Source of the DNA: Thermodesulfobacteriota bacterium | GTDB taxonomy: Bacteria > Desulfobacterota_D > UBA1144 > Nemesobacterales > UBA2774 | Assembly: GCA_965223335.1 (NCBI GenBank) | Contig: OZ244991.1 | Location: 2,304,001-2,368,000, forward strand | DNA length: 64,000 nucleotides | Direction of reading: 5' to 3' | Shown: positions 63,553 through 64,000 of the stretch, in pieces | Numbering within the stretch: position 1 is the stretch's first letter | How the letters are laid out: each line of letters starts with the position of its first letter | The notes under the pieces: model-generated | What the model was told of the DNA's origin: nothing | What the model saw: only the letters and a program-made list of their open reading frames with translations | Database searches by the model: none | Made by a program: the position numbers and the translations under genes

Positions 63553-63669
63553 ATCCTCTAACCCCTTTCGGCATATAGATATTTTGGTTTACGTCTTGTA
63601 ATATGATAACTAACAATACAGAAAAGCACGAGACATACCATCTCAGATACGGATTACTAAGCCCCCGTG

Positions 63670-64000
63670 TCACTTCTGGCCCACAAGCACATTCGCCACC
63701 ATACGCCCCATATTCTTTCCATCCGGGCTCAGATCATTGAGCAGCTCACTAAGTGCATTACGAAACTCATCCTGTTTTTGCTCCGATAGTGCAAGCAGCC
63801 TTGGTCTTATCGGTGTCGCATAAGCGACTTCGATTGCCTGCGACACACCGCCGTCCATCATCAGGTCTTTTTCCTCACACAGCACCTGTACACTTTTGCA
63901 GCCTGCTGCTTTAAAATGTTCCTCCAGTTGCTTATCGTCTATATAATCAAACGGCAGGCGCATCATCTCCGATATTTCACCCTCCCCAATCTTATCAAGC
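63670..64000 (-). CDS. Methyltransferase paralog, C-terminal part (cut by window edge)
   Basis: Aligns by eye with the C-terminus of 62734-63552 (FDY, Y.TPIR..LLALS..KQDE, LSPDGK.MGR). Confidence 0.8.
   Translation of the reverse strand, partial: LDKIGEGEISEMMRLPFDYIDDKQLEEHFKAAGCKSVQVLCEEKDLMMDGGVSQAIEVAYATPIRPRLLALSEQKQDEFRNALSELLNDLSPDGKNMGRMVANVLVGQK

Noticed and set aside
1..64000. tRNA, rRNA, transposase, integrase or reverse transcriptase genes
   Set aside because: None recognised by eye or in the ORF track.

Overview
64 kb of bacterial chromosome with a C-rich + strand and most genes on the - strand. Left half (about 1.3-32 kb): a co-oriented, apparently intact set of siphovirus-like morphogenesis genes: terminase small and large, portal, scaffold, major capsid, head-tail adaptor, neck, fibre/decoration proteins, tail tube, and tail chaperones with a predicted -1 frameshift. 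No integrase, replication, tape-measure or endolysin gene is recognisable in the window. The head genes are split by host-type repeats and unrelated cargo genes, which suggests a domesticated prophage or gene-transfer-agent-like locus. Right half: host and accessory genes (Anbu/ATP-grasp/alpha-E/transglutaminase operon, rhodanese, CMD protein, esterase, two large DUF11 surface proteins, MFS transporter, methyltransferases). The most striking feature is a family of about 30 intergenic structured repeats from 16 kb to 62.7 kb, all in one orientation. Their fold and length are conserved by compensatory base changes while stem sequences differ, and they are combined with REP-like hairpins into mosaic arrays. 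Several candidate sRNAs are also visible. All calls come from reading motifs by eye; no database searches were run.
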